Counted from the stretch's first letter, positions 50,354 through 63,506 are shown. The stretch is 64,000 bases of DNA from Eledone cirrhosa (GCA_964016885.1 OZ024740.1:242854001-242918000), one strand, 5' to 3'. The notes: generated from the letters alone by a model not told the origin. Numbers and translations: made by a program.

Positions 50354-51203
50354 AGCGTTCAATAACCATGTAGGTTATTGGGAAAACAGAGGAGGGAGAG
50401 AAGGAAAAAAAGGGAAAAGGGGAAAAGGGAAGAAAAGGGAAACAGCAAAAAAGAAAACAAACCAAAGAATGTGCAGCAACTGAAGACAAGAGAGTCCAAG
50501 ACCACAGCGGTAACAGAACATAAGTTCAAGAGCATGTGATCGAACAAAAGAAGACGCGACTGACCCAAGCGAGTGTAAGTGAGAAAAAGACTGCTAGGGA
50601 AACAATGAGGTGGCAGGCAGAGAGAGGGTGAGTGAAAGTGAGAGGGAGAAAGGGAGAGGAAGAAAGAGTAGATAGTAACGAAACAGGTTGGTAGAGGGAG
50701 GGAGAAGACAGGTCACAGCAAAACATGATAAAATATATGGAGAATAGGGTGGTTGTGTAGTTGCTAGTAAAGTTAAGGTTAAAAATGAAGTGAGAATAAG
50801 AAGAAAGCAAGAAGGAAGGAGGGGGGGTTCCTCATCAGTTGTCTACTGGGGGTCTCATTTCATTACTATCTAGTCTTCCCCCTCTTTCTTCCTCTCCCTT
50901 TCTCCCTCTCACTTTCACTCACCCTCTCTCTGCCTGCCACCTCATTGTTTCCCTCACCTGACCTTCTAGCAGTCTTTTTCTCACTTACACTCGCTTGGGT
51001 CAGTCGCGTCTTTTTTTGTTCGATCACACGCTCTTGAACTTATGTTCTGTTACCGCTGTGGTCTTGGATTCTCTTGTCTTCAGTTGCTGCACATTCTTCG
51101 GTTTGTTGTTTTTTTCGCTGTTTCCCTTTTCTTCACTTTTCCCTTCTATTTTCCTTCTCTCCCTCCTCTGTATTCCCAATAACTTACCCAGTTATTGAAT
51201 GCT

Positions 51204-51268
51204 CTGGGGGTAGATATATTGTCTTTAAAGCATTGAAATATCCGACACCCCCAGTAGACAACTGATGA
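51204..51268 (+). ncRNA. Candidate non-circularly permuted hammerhead, copy 3
   Basis: CUGGGGG-ua-GAUAU-A-UUGUCU-10nt-GAA-AUAUC-5nt-CCCCCAG-u-AGACAA-CUGAUGA. Confidence 0.55.
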
Positions 51269-51324
51269 GGAAACCCCCTCTCCCAAATTCTTGCTTTCTT
51301 CCTATTCTCATTCCAATATTTAAG

Positions 51325-51369
<45 letters not shown>

Positions 51370-51373
<4 letters not shown>

Positions 51374-51447
51374 CCTCGTCTGACAAACGAATGAAGACGT
51401 TTCTTTCGTATTCGCCTCATTCGGGAAACCTCTGGTAATGAGGTAAT
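51370..51447 (+). ncRNA. Degenerate type I hammerhead (same family as 2079-2146)
   Basis: 10-bp stem I AUUGCCUCGU/AUGAGGUAAU; core CUGACAA (G8 to A); stem II CGAAUGA/UCAUUCG; GAAA-CC(UCU)GG-UA. Confidence 0.65.
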
Positions 51448-51575
51448 TATATTGTATTGATTTTTATACATTATATATATATATATATATATATAAAAAC
51501 ATGAGAAGAAAGAAGAATACTGCGTGGTTGCACATGGGTTAATGGGTTACATATGATAAAAATAGTCCTTCGTCA

Positions 51576-51627
<52 letters not shown>

Positions 51628-52011
51628 GCACTGAACTCTGCCAATCTACAGACATAAATCCTCCCTCTCAAAACACCAGCCGACTATGGTTGACCTGCTG
51701 GCTGACCTGCTAACACTACTACCACTACCACCATGGTAAAATAGGTCAGCTGGACTTGAAGATACTGATAAAAGCAACAATAACAGGCTGACCTGTTTCT
51801 GAAAATTTTCAATAGACTTTCGGCTGGGGAGTGGTATGATAGCTGACCAATGAGGTGGGAGCATATCCTTTTGACACTAAATTTCGTTTATTCTTGCCCA
51901 TGTGATTCCAGTTCCTTTGAGAACTAACAACACACCCAGGAGCTGGACATATCGATGAATTAACAGGGTAGAACCCATTACAACATCATGTTTTCCTGTT
52001 TTTTCTGCCTT

Positions 52012-52078
52012 AATTCTTACTGCCTGATGAGGTCACAGCCAATAATGGCTGTCACTGAAATATCTATAGCAGCGAATT
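52012..52078 (+). ncRNA. Minimal type I hammerhead motif at the end of a (TA)n-adjacent segment (51624-52115)
   Basis: AAUUC..CUGC-CUGAUGA-GGUcACAGCC(AAUAAU)GGCUGUcACU-GAAA-UAUCUA-UA-GCAG.GAAUU. Confidence 0.72.
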
Positions 52079-52117
52079 GGAATAAACGACGCCAACTTTA
52101 CCATATTTGACTTACAC

Positions 52118-52298
52118 TGGCAGTATCGGTAGAGGGTCGGACGCCATGCTTTCCAGCATAGTTATGTCCCTTTACGATCTGAGTTCAAATCCCACCAAGG
52201 TTGACTTTGCCTTTCATCCTTACGGGGTCGATAAAATAAAGTACCAGTAATGTACTGGGTAATTTGCTGGCCTTGTGCCTAAAGTAGAAACAATTATT
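52118..52298 (+). mobile_element. Family B SINE
   Basis: Near-identical to reverse complement of 49549-49724. Confidence 0.9.
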
Positions 52299-52307
52299 TG
52301 ATATATG

Positions 52308-52339
<32 letters not shown>

Positions 52340-52778
52340 ATGTGTGTGTGTGTGTGTATTAGTTTTTACTACTTTGCTACTTTACTACAATTTCTATATT
52401 GATTACATTCATTTAGGTTTTGCAGTAACTCAAGGGCTACCTTAGCCCACCTACACAGTCTGTACATACCTTTGAAAATTAATCCCCAAATCAAGTGGGG
52501 TTTTTTTCATACTATCAATAACATGTCAATATCTTATACTTTTCACAAAGTTAAAGATAACACGTATACCACTCTTTAACAGTAAATAAAGGACACAGCT
52601 CTATTGTTAGTGACCTTGTGATGAAATTGATTGAGCAGTCAAAATGTTTCTTGAGCAAACAACATGCAAATAAACATGTGAAATCTTTTTCTGATCTCAG
52701 GAGTTGCCACAAAAACTTTATCCACTTTGCTATGTTCATATGATATCAGACATACCATCTTTATATGTATATAATAAT

Positions 52779-52996
52779 AAGTGCCAAGTAATCCTAATGG
52801 AAGGAAGATGCAGTAGAGGAAGACCACGGTAAACATGGGTGGAGGTGGTGAGAACTGTCCTCAGATAGTTGAAGCTCACAGAGGAGATGAAGAAGGACCA
52901 TGACAAATGGAGAAATGGTGTGCTGAAGAGGACCCGTTCCACCCTTGCAAGCAGGGAAAAGAGCGCGTAAAATGATGATGATGATGATGATGATGA
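52779..52996 (+). mobile_element. RTE extreme 3' fragment
   Basis: Match to 41244-41463 and 49966-50178. Confidence 0.85.
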
Positions 52997-55900
52997 ATAT
53001 TTGATATTGCTATGTAATATTTCATGTAATATTTCATGTAATGCTAAGAACTCATTGTCTGAAGCTTCAATAATTATATAATGTGTTTACCGTCAGCCTG
53101 TTGATTATATAAACTTTTGATGTTATACATAACTGAAAAGACAGTTAAAGCAAATTACGTAGGTGGGTGCTGCAGTAAATGGGAATATAAATATTCAAGC
53201 TCTTTTATGGTTTGTTACTTAACATTGGCATTTTGACAACATAAATGTTTAGTTAACTGATATAGATATATTTGTATACAGCCATTTAATATTGATAAAG
53301 GGAAAAATAAAAGAATTATTTAAAGAAATGTCCATACCCTAGAATAATTTATAAAAATTAATTGAATCATTTTCCTCTTAACATTTTAAAGAGAATTTCA
53401 CACTGAAAATCTCATCATCGTACAATGATGCTTATTATGTTCCTAATCATGTTAAAGTTTCAGCTTGTGTATGAATGCAGACAACCAATTGTTTCATTAT
53501 TGAATAATCCTAAGAATACATGTTTTCTCTGGAAATATCAAATGATTGATTTTTCCATTTATATTTCAGAATACTTTTTTTTTTAGCCTTTTAAAAATAA
53601 TCCAATAAAGATATATTGTTCAAGGTCTTGACTGCTGAACTTTTATGCAATACTGAAGCCATCATAACCAATTTGCCTTTCTGGTGTTTAGAATCGACTT
53701 TATGATGACTGTAGTTATTTTCTTAGCAAAACTAACAGAATATTTGATATTGCTATGGAACAATGATTGGTTTAATAGATAAATAATATTACTCTCCTTG
53801 ATTCCTATACATAAATTTTTGTTTAGTTTACCATTTCCCCTGGTTTTCAACATTACTCTTCCTTTCAATTATAAAAATGATAAAAGCCAATAAAATTGGC
53901 CAAACCATTCACCACTCATTTATGTTTCCTAATCAAACCATCAAACCAACTAGCAATATTGATCAATGTCTCAAAAGACAAGTCTAATCAATAATTTTGG
54001 CTAAGCATCCAGTGCTTCCATTACATAGGAGTAGCATAAAAACTATAAAATATTCATGTAGTTCAATAACTTTTCAACATTTTGATTAAATCAACATTAG
54101 TTTTGAGTTCCTAGAGATTTTCTTTTTTAATTTCTAGATCGTTCTTCAATTCAGAGTTATTGAATCAATCAAAAGATAGCCAGCAAATCAATTTAGTTAT
54201 ACCTTAATAACTCCTAAAACAAGGATCGTTAAACTGAATTGCATCGGTTAGCATGACACACTTTGAGGTTAGCTGATTAACAGTAAAAATACTAATAACT
54301 TATAAATACATCCTAACATTAAAAAAATAACAAAGAAACACCAATGCCTAATATCATATTAAAAAATAATTTCAAGCAACTTTTAGGTATGATAGTGCAG
54401 TAGAGATGGTCAAAATAACAGGGTGTCAGATTGAATCGATTGCAGTATTTAATCGCATTCCTCTAATGTTTTTCATTAAAATCTGACTGCAGTTATTAAT
54501 GTTTTTCTTCTCTTTGGGGTTCATAATGTGAGTACAATAACAAATCTGACTCAAGTGAATCCTCTTGAACTCTTCCCAGCAACTTTGACCCCTACACACA
54601 GCAGTTTGGTTTACTGTTTATGTACCATAGTTATGCTTGATCATAGCTGACCCTTATTTTACAATTCAGTCAGAAAAAAGAGCTGTGCCCTTAAGTATTA
54701 CAAGCTCTCCTGTGGATACGCAACCAGAATAACTTGAACCCTTCGGTTATTAGCTCTAATTTTTGTAGCTTTAAGTGAAAGAATAGAATTAAGGGCCTTA
54801 TTTAGACCAATCACACTGAATTTTTAGTTCATTATGGAGAGAGATTGAATTTAAAAAAGGTTTTTGTAAATTCTAAGAAAACATTACAAGATTTTAAGAA
54901 CCAGTCTAGCTCTCGTTTTGTGTTCCTAAGAAACATGAGAGGTAAATCTTCTCTTGTATCTCATATAATATAACCAGAAGATCTTGTACTTATTCACAAC
55001 TCCAAAATGAAGTGAGACATAGAGTTAAGTGTATTACTCATGTACACAACAAAATAACTTCAGAATATTTGAACTTAAGAACTTTGATTTAGTATTCACA
55101 TACAATATCTACTTTACAAACGACCACAATGACAGGTGGGATGCAGTGCTAGAGTGGACCTGTCTCATTAAGTCCTCTTCTCTTCTTCTTACTACACTAT
55201 CTGTTATGTACTCTATCATTTATTGATATTCTGAGCTCTGTCAATATACAGTGAAGTGTGACACTAGGCCTGACTGTAACCGATCAATCCACCTTCTTTT
55301 TGATAACTATTTTCATTGTCACCCTCTCTCTCCCTCTCAATATGATTTAATCACCATGCCACTATCCAGCCTTTGCTTACTCTTCTCCCATTTCTCCTAC
55401 TATTACTATTCAACCTTCTACCAACAACCAGTATGTAGCTCCACCACTCTCTTCCTTACCACATTGAAAATCATACATCAACACACACCTTAGCACCCCC
55501 TCTATCTTTACTATTTATCACATTTCCACAGAATAAACCACCACGCCTACATCACCAACTCCTTCTCTCTCTACTTTCTAATCATACCTCAAAACAAGGC
55601 AACTTTGATGCCACTACAAAAATATTTGGTACACTCCCAAAGTTGTTGGGAGAACTCTACATTTGGGTTGAAGATAAGACAGCTTCTCTAGTATTGGTAC
55701 ATAGGGGTTAACATTATGAAGGACATTCAGCCATCATAGCAACCATGCCAAAAAAGGGTAGAGAGGACTCTTCAGTTGTATCAAGGACAAGACAGCCTCT
55801 CTAGTAGTGGTTCCACAATATAATGTACTCAGTGCACCATAAAAAATTGCTGATATTAGGATGTGCCTTCAGCTGAAGAAATCATACCAAAATGGGATGT

Positions 55901-56221
55901 ATCTACTTGAGACAGTCTCTTGACCCATCTAGGAGGACAGTAATTCCAATTAAGTAATGATTTAGTCTGTAATGAGCTGTCCAACCAACAACAGCTTAGA
56001 AATGATGATAATAATGGTGGTGGTGGTGGTGGTGGCTTGATTCTCACATGAAGACAGAAATAATTGAAACAGATATCAAGTTTGATCATTTCCATCGTTT
56101 CTCATATCCACACTGTTTCAATTTCTATTAATGAAGAGTTGTACCAGTCTATGGTACATATTAACAACTAACTAGAGATAGTAATGTGAATACAACACAA
56201 TGCCAAAATACAAACTATTAA

Positions 56222-56453
56222 CACTTTTGATACCTACCCACCTGAGACCAGCTCTGGTTCTATGAAACAAAACCACCAATTTTAAAGGATTCTTTTTAAT
56301 TTAAAATATTCAAACATGATTTTATATAAAAACCATACATTAAATTATTAGTGTATTAATGAAATGATTAATAATTTTAGTAAAACATTCAAAATTCTTC
56401 ATTAATTAATCGAAATATAGTATATTTCATTAGAAATATGGTCACAAAAAGGG
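56222..56453. mobile_element. piggyBac-type MITE
   Basis: TTAA flanks (56218, 56454); ends cacttttg / caaaaaggg; homologous to the split copy at 22618-25541 and a decayed copy near 39350-39573. Confidence 0.7.
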
Positions 56454-56679
56454 TTAACCTTGTGGTTGGTTGTCAATTTTCTATCATGTTGCCAATAAGT
56501 ATCACTAGAAATACATCAAAACACTTTGAAACATGTACAACGTAAATATAACAAATGAGTGTATAAATTGAATGTTTATAGCTGGAAATGTTTAATCATT
56601 GTTTGAAGTTGTGATTCTATAACATTTATAGACCACACATTGTTTGTTTATTGAGCTAAGCATAAACTCCTCAAAATAT

Positions 56680-56863
56680 TATAATTGTTTCTACTTTAGG
56701 CACAAGGCTAGCAATTACACAGTGCATTACTGGTACTTTATTTTATCGACCCCGTAAGGATGAAAGGCAAAGTCAACCTCGGCGGGATTTGAACTCAGAT
56801 CGTAAAGGGACATAACTATGCTGGAAAGCATGGCATCCGACCCTCTACCGATACTGCCAATCC
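56680..56863 (-). mobile_element. Family B SINE
   Basis: Match to other copies. Confidence 0.9.
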
Positions 56864-57643
56864 ATATAATGTTAGGGACAAGTTGTATTTTTGTAGAAAA
56901 AGTTAATATGATTTGACCCAGGTTATTACTAGCATGCTACATGTTGATTTGAATATCAAATCCCCTCTTGCCATCACCCTAATTCACTGCTAACCAATAC
57001 ACACATTCTCTCTCTCTCTCTCTCTTTCTCTCACATTCACCTAACACTCATCAATGACATTGATCACTCTCTCTTTCACATTCTTCCTCTCACTTACCAT
57101 AACCCAACTGACTCTCACTTGTCACCTACTTTACTGTTATTGATCACTCTCTCTCTCCCACTCACATTACTACCTCATCTGATACTATTGATATTCATCC
57201 CTCTCTCTCTTTTATCACTCTCTCTTTTACTATCTAGCTACTCATGCTGTTTCTATTCAACTTTCTTACCAACAACCATCATTTAGCTGTCTATCATTTT
57301 CTCTTTCCTTATCTACTTTTCTTTTACTTGAATGAAATGTTAATTAATCAAAATTATTTTTGCTTACAAATACACCAATTATGTTAGTGCCTACTTTATT
57401 ATGAAGTATTCTTGGTGCAAACACCCTTGAGTAATTTCCCCAGTCAATCCTTTCACATATACTTAAGTGGGAACTAACGAAAGTTTAATTAATTATAATA
57501 TATCCATAATGAACAGAAAACTCATTGGTTCTACTAATTTTATTTGTTAAAGGCAAAGACATGTTTCAGACTCTTTAGCAAAGTATATGACATACTAATA
57601 CTTACCAGACATTAAAATGACTGTGAATATGTATATATATATA

Positions 57644-57958
57644 TCATCATCATCATCATCGTTTTACATCCGTTCTTCCACGCTAGCATGGGTTAGATGG
57701 GTTGTCCTGTTGTGGGCAGTGTCCGGTTGGCTGACCTTGTCTTGCTCATACGGGAACTGATTCTGACTTGATTTTTACAGCTGGATGCCCTTCCTAACAC
57801 CAACCTCATTTACAGTGAGTGCTGGGTGCTTTTTTCCCGTGGCACCTCCACGACCACTTTGCAGTGGAATGATAGGGACCCCAGTCCTATCATCTCATTT
57901 CTACAGCTGAGTAAACTGGAGCAATGTGAAATAAAGTGTCTTGCTCAAGGAAACAACA
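57644..57958 (-). mobile_element. 5'-truncated family A SINE with the alternative RTE tail
   Basis: Body matches 9700-9900; tail acccatgctagcgtggaagaacggatgtaaaacgatg. Confidence 0.88.
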
Positions 57959-57999
57959 TATATATATATATATTATATATTGTCAAATCGGACCAAGGA

Positions 58000-58165
58000 A
58001 ACAATGTTTCCAAGGGTCTTTCTATAGCAGTTGCAACTCCAGGTAGAAGGAGCAACATGAGATAAAGTGTCTTGCTCAAAGACATAACACATTGCCCGGT
58101 CCAGGAATCAAACTCATAACCTCATGATTGCGAATCCAATTCTCTTACTACTCAGCCTCGCACCT
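58000..58165 (-). mobile_element. tRNA-derived CORE-like SINE fragment
   Basis: Minus strand: ggctgagtagtaagag...gagtttgattcctggaccgg...ctttgagcaagacacttt. Confidence 0.7.
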
Positions 58166-59429
58166 GTCGATATATATATAGGTATTAGTGAAAAACATTT
58201 ACTGATTAAGCAATTTAAAATAATGACAGTGGAAATTTTCCCAGGGATGCCTTCTGCATGCAGAACACATACTTAAGTTTGTGCTAATGTACTTAACAGG
58301 GTGAGCCCCCTTTAAATGCTTAATCCATTAGAATTACATGTCTTTCTTTTATAATTAGAATTGTTTTATGTATTGCATTTGTAGGTATGTGTTGTATTTA
58401 ACTTTTAATGCCCAATTACAAACAAGATAACAAGATATACTGGAATCATAGAATGTCTTAATATATGGATACAATTGAAGTATAAGTGCAAGTAGTCAAA
58501 ATCATGTCTAGACCAAATGAGATATATGTTTACTTGAAGTTACACAGGGAAGAAGTGAGAAGCATGAGATCACATAGAATGGCAATACATAAGTTCATAT
58601 GAACAAATAGAGATTAGTTTAAGTGAAATTAATAGGTAACAAATCATCACATCCTTCATTGTTTATTCATGTGGAGGAATGGATAAATCTGGTTTTCCTT
58701 CTTCCAAAGCAAAGGAATCCCTAGTAGTTGTATCAGTTAAATTATTGCTTGTTTCATCAGTATGAGTTAGATACTTATAGGATATCAGTTACATTCTTAT
58801 GTTTTCCAGGTTTTCTGAAGCAAGCTGCTCTCAATAATTATTTGAATAAGAAGAAATGGGAATTTTGTGTCACATATGAGTGTCGGCTGAAAATTTCATA
58901 GACTGACAAAGTTACTCTCATGGGTTATTTTTCAACATAGTCTCTGGAAAGAAACAACGCAGTTATTAGTAAGAAAAGTTGAAATTAATGCATGCAAGAT
59001 TTCACAGCGCTAGCTTCATAGTCAGCCTATGAACATTTCAGCCTACCCTTGTAATTGATGGTTTTGTCTGAATTTGAAATTGACTTGATCAACATGACAA
59101 TGATGACAGGAGCTGTCACTGGTATCTAGAATGTTAACCATGCAAGTCTCTATAGGTTTCAGAACATTGTCACAGCTAAAATTATTATTAGTTCCATGGA
59201 AGAGAAAGCAAAATATTACATTACATGGGAGACCCGCGTTTTTAATAGAATTGTTGGATTTTCTTTTATAGTTGAATGCCAAGGATTTCAGTAGTGTGTT
59301 GGATATGTGTTTGGGTTCTTTGAAGGTCATTGATGATTCTATAGAATCAGAACAAAATATTCTGATTAACCATTAAATTGTGGGTCTTGTAGTACAATGA
59401 AAATATGTTTTCATTCAATATCATTTAGC

Positions 59430-60600
59430 CAATGAACAATACAAGAAGCAGTAAAATGTGTTCTGTAATCTGTTACTAGCTCCATTAGAATAACCTTTTG
59501 ACTGGCTTTTTATTGTAGGGGCTTAATTAGAAATCATTTCCTGGTGAATTTGTGAAATATACCCCGGTCACTTAGAAAATGAATCAATAATCATTAATGT
59601 GTAATATTTACCAAGAAAAGGACAATTATAGTCTATATGAATACATTGCCAAACTTCATATGATAATGACCAAAGATGCCATTTTGATACAAGATTGTGA
59701 AGTTTGTGATCACACTGAACACATTTTGGAGTGATCTGAGATAGATGAGCATTAAGCTCAGATCTCGAATTTGATAAGTGAACTAACAACTTCATCTTGA
59801 CAATGTGTATAATGGCTTTACATAGTGTATGGAGAACAGTAATGCTCTTGATATAACATAGATCACCATCTAGAGCAACTGAAATATCTTCACAAATGAA
59901 GAACTATTTAAGTATGTAATTTTTATTTCAATGATCCCTGCTAACACTTCTGAAAGATTGAATGATGACTGCGAAATAATGTTAAGTATCATATATTAAA
60001 TTACTTCTGTTAACAGATAAAAATAGACTAAGCTGGCATTTCAATATGGATGTTCATGTAAGAATATTGAAAATGAACATCAATATGTCATAAAGATAAT
60101 CAGCACTCCAACATTGAACAATCGTCCTAGAATTTTTAAAAAGGATTTATCAGGTCTATAGATGAATTGAAGTGCTTTATGATGTGTTTCAATAGTGAAA
60201 TGTCTATTGAATAGACACTTGGAGCAATTGTTCAACATCCCAGTAAATGGCTAAAGCTTTTAAGAAAGTCTGTAAATAATATTTTCTGCTTTAGACAAAT
60301 CTTTTGAGATACACAGGTCAGAGTGACCATCGTCTTCTAACACTGCACCAAATCTAATGCAAAGCATCAGTAATCAATGTTGATTTCTTTTGTAGTGAAT
60401 AGGTACAGAGAATAACAGGAGTTGAATGAACAGTTATCCATTTGAAATTTTATTCTAATTATAATTTGAAAAGTGAGTTAGTTGCTTCAGTGAAATTTAG
60501 AATAAATCGTGAATAGCACAAAGCAAGGAACATAATCTGCCAAAGTCACTAGGGGTGGAAATTCATTACAGTTGACAGTAATTCAGAATCTGAACCAGGA
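59430..60600 (-). mobile_element. Gypsy-type LTR retrotransposon pol remnant (RNase H to integrase)
   Basis: WQCIHIDYNCPFLGKYYTLMIIDSFSK (integrase core start), preceded by K.K.L...C..C zinc region; RNase H-like TLITDA, HFTIETHHKAL upstream; RH-before-IN order. Confidence 0.75.
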
Positions 60601-61105
60601 AAGAAATAAGAAGTATGAGGTTACAAGGAAATGTGGTACATATGTTCAAATGAACAGGTAGGGATTAGTCCAAGTGATACTATTAAGTCACAAATCATTA
60701 CATTTTCCAAAGATTATTTAGCTGTTTATGAAGAAAAAAGCAGGATGCTTCAACTAGGAATCAATGTTGAGATCCAATCTTAACACATCAGCAACTTTAC
60801 TCCAATGGTAATGCTTTTATCTATATCTGGAATAGATGTGGAAGGGAGGTTGTTGTTGCTGTTGTTTAGCTCCAGGATGGCCAAGATCAAGAAGACATGC
60901 TGCCCAATGATCAAAAACATTTCAGCTGTGACCATCCAATCTCATTTTTGTTTTCAGACATGTCTTTAGGAATAAACAATTTAGTGTGTATATTTTTCTT
61001 TTTAAAATAGCAGGGTATAATTTGAAAGTAATTTTGCTGATAAAATCAAATATTGGATCCCTTGTTTGTTTGTTTGCTTGCTTTTGTCGTTATTTATTTA
61101 TTTGT

Positions 61106-61295
61106 GGCGGTGGATTGGCAGTATTGGTAGAGGGTCGGACGCCATGCTTTGATGCATAGAGTTACGGCCCTTGCCATTCTGAGTTCAAATCCCGTCGAGG
61201 TTAACTTTGCCTTTCATCCTTACGGGGTCGATAAAATAAAGTACCAGTAATACACTGAGTAATTGCTGGCCTTGTGCCTAACGTAGAAACAGTTA
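61106..61295 (+). mobile_element. Family B SINE
   Basis: Full length; gttatttatt on both flanks. Confidence 0.9.
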
Positions 61296-62815
61296 TTTAT
61301 TTATTCATTTTAAAATCTTTATTGTTTCAATCTAGTACAGCAGAAGACACAATCCTCATGTAGTTATTCAAAGAAGAATATACTGGACTGGTCTCTTATT
61401 GAATTCTGGCCTACAGGTGAACTTGAACACATCAATACCAACTAACAGAAAACTCAGAAAGTTTGCAATTTTGCCTTCAGTGAGTTATGTACACCCCTGT
61501 GGTACCTATTTTAATGTAGCTAAACTCAGCTGTTGAGAGTTAAGTGCTCTGACAACAGACAGAAACTACTGTCAATAATGGAATACAGACCGCTAACCAC
61601 TTGTCATTCTTTGATTTATCAAATTGGTGAACTGAAATCTTACATAATTAGTTACAACAGATGATACGTTTTGTTGTATTTCAGGAAATAATTAAAATCC
61701 TCTTATATACCAGAGATTCCATCCAAAACACCCATCCTCACATGTGTCTGAGAACTCAGTAAGATGTTTGCTTTAATAGTTATTTGACAAGAGAAACGCA
61801 CTCAGCAAACAAATAAATAAAGAAAAAAAGAAAAGAAAAATAAAGAAATTAGAAACCTAAGAAACAATGCCAGAAATTACAGCAGTAACAACAAAAACAC
61901 TCCAAAATCTTATACAAATTTGCAGTTTTATTTGATTACTACAACTAGAATGAAATTATATACCACTTGAGGTACGGGGGTGGAATGACAAATCACCTGT
62001 GTGCTATAATATCTTTTGTATCATCCATAATCTAATCAATTATCATGAATGATTTCTATTGTTTTAGAAATATGAACAATGGACGCCTCAGTAAAAACAA
62101 ATGGATTAATTCAATGTAAACGTCCATACAGAGATTTTTTAGCATGAATTTAATCTAATCTGTCTGCTAGACAGATTTAATATTTCTTTGTATCAATAAA
62201 GTATTGTTTTTCATCTTAAGTTGGGGATGACCCTAAAGTTAAATGTATTATTTCTTGAAAAGCTTTAAAGCGATGAGTGTATATGAATTTTCGTAAAATT
62301 GTAGTATTGTTAGTGTGAAGGGAACACAGCTGTATACTATATGTACAGTAAAAAATCAGGTTAAGATATAACCTCATATCGAATGGAAAATGGAGAAAAA
62401 GGAAGAAAGAGAGTCTAAAGCATAAGATGAGAAATGAGATGGTTATAGAGAGAGAGAAGGGAAGAGGAGAAGAAAAAAAGCAGGAACGATATTGATGGAG
62501 CAGGACTTATGGAGGATTATGAAAAAGGATGGAGAAAGTAAACTAATAAGAAATTGAATTTTAGCACCATATGAATTATCAGCTTCCATCAAGATTAACA
62601 TAATTTCTTGCGGGAGAGGAAGGACTATGTATAGAATTCTTGCCCGTGCAACAGGACTTAAATTTCTGTTCTTCTGATGCTGGAATAGGGGAATAAGAGA
62701 GCAGTGGGGCATGTCCAAGCTAAGCCATGGTCAGCAAGAAAAGAAGCTGTCAGGTATGCTGAAGGAAACAGCAGCAGCAGCAGCAGGTGACAAGAAAGCA
62801 GAAGTAAAAGTAGCA

Positions 62816-63325
62816 GTAGTGGCAACAAGGGAGGTGATAGTGGGAGAAACAAAAATAGATAGAGAAGGGGGGAAGAGAAAGAGAGACAAAATAGGTATAT
62901 AGATAAAGATATAAAGAGTTACCTGTTTCTGGAACCATATCAATTCAATTTAGAAAGCTAAAATGGTTCAAATTATGAATGTAAACATTAATTAAAAAAG
63001 TTTGAAGTGTTGAGTGTAAATGAATTTTTGGTTATATCTTAAACCGACTTTTTACTACACATATAGTATCCAACTGTGTACCCTTCACACTGAGAATGCT
63101 ACAATTTTATGAATATTCATATACACTCATCACTTCAAACCTTTTCAATTAATGTTTATATATATAATTTGAGTCATGTTGGCCTTCTAAATCAAACGGA
63201 TATGGTGCCAGGGACTCATAACTCTTTATATCTTTATCTATCTACCTATTTTGTCTCTCTTTCTCTTAAACCCCCTCTCTATCTATTTTTGTTTCTCCTG
63301 CTATTGCCTCCCTTGTTGTTACCAC
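62816..63325. repeat. Fold-back element: ~215-bp inverted arms, ~80-bp spacer
   Basis: 62816-63030 is the diverged reverse complement of 63110-63325 (e.g. gagagacaaaataggtatatagataaagatataaagagtta / taactctttatatctttatctatctacctattttgtctctc). Confidence 0.85.
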
Positions 63326-63506
63326 ATTATGCAATTTAGACTGGCCATTTCATTTATTTCCTACATTTATTTCCTACATCCTGCATCGCAGAATCATAGA
63401 GTTAGTTATTTTCAGATGAAGTGACAATGATCTCTGAAATGCATAAAGGTAATGTGTTGAAAGGAAATATTAGAATCTGTTTATACTTCATTATTTTCCC
63501 AGACTA

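Larger units (their letters stand above)
50195..51328. mobile_element. Non-coding element with partial tandem (543-bp period) and inverted duplication, Penelope-like terminal-repeat architecture
   Basis: 50197-50312 repeated at 50740-50856; 50860-51328 is an inverted copy of about 50230-50685; contains the permuted hammerhead motifs. Confidence 0.75.

Noticed and set aside
51262-51279. Alternative reading CUGAUGA-G-GAAA-CCCCC as a type III hammerhead without stem II
   Set aside because: The GAAA after CUGAUGA is absent in copies at 2403 and 50832, and its pairing does not place a UH next to stem I; the upstream GAAA has covariation support
51497-51576. Minus-strand CUGACGA-AGG at the edge of a (TA)n-flanked 80-bp insert
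   Set aside because: No GAAA, stems or cleavage strand; probably a truncated fragment
62443-62943. Overlapping short ORFs
   Set aside because: Low-complexity purine-rich sequence overlapping the fold-back arm; no domain recognised
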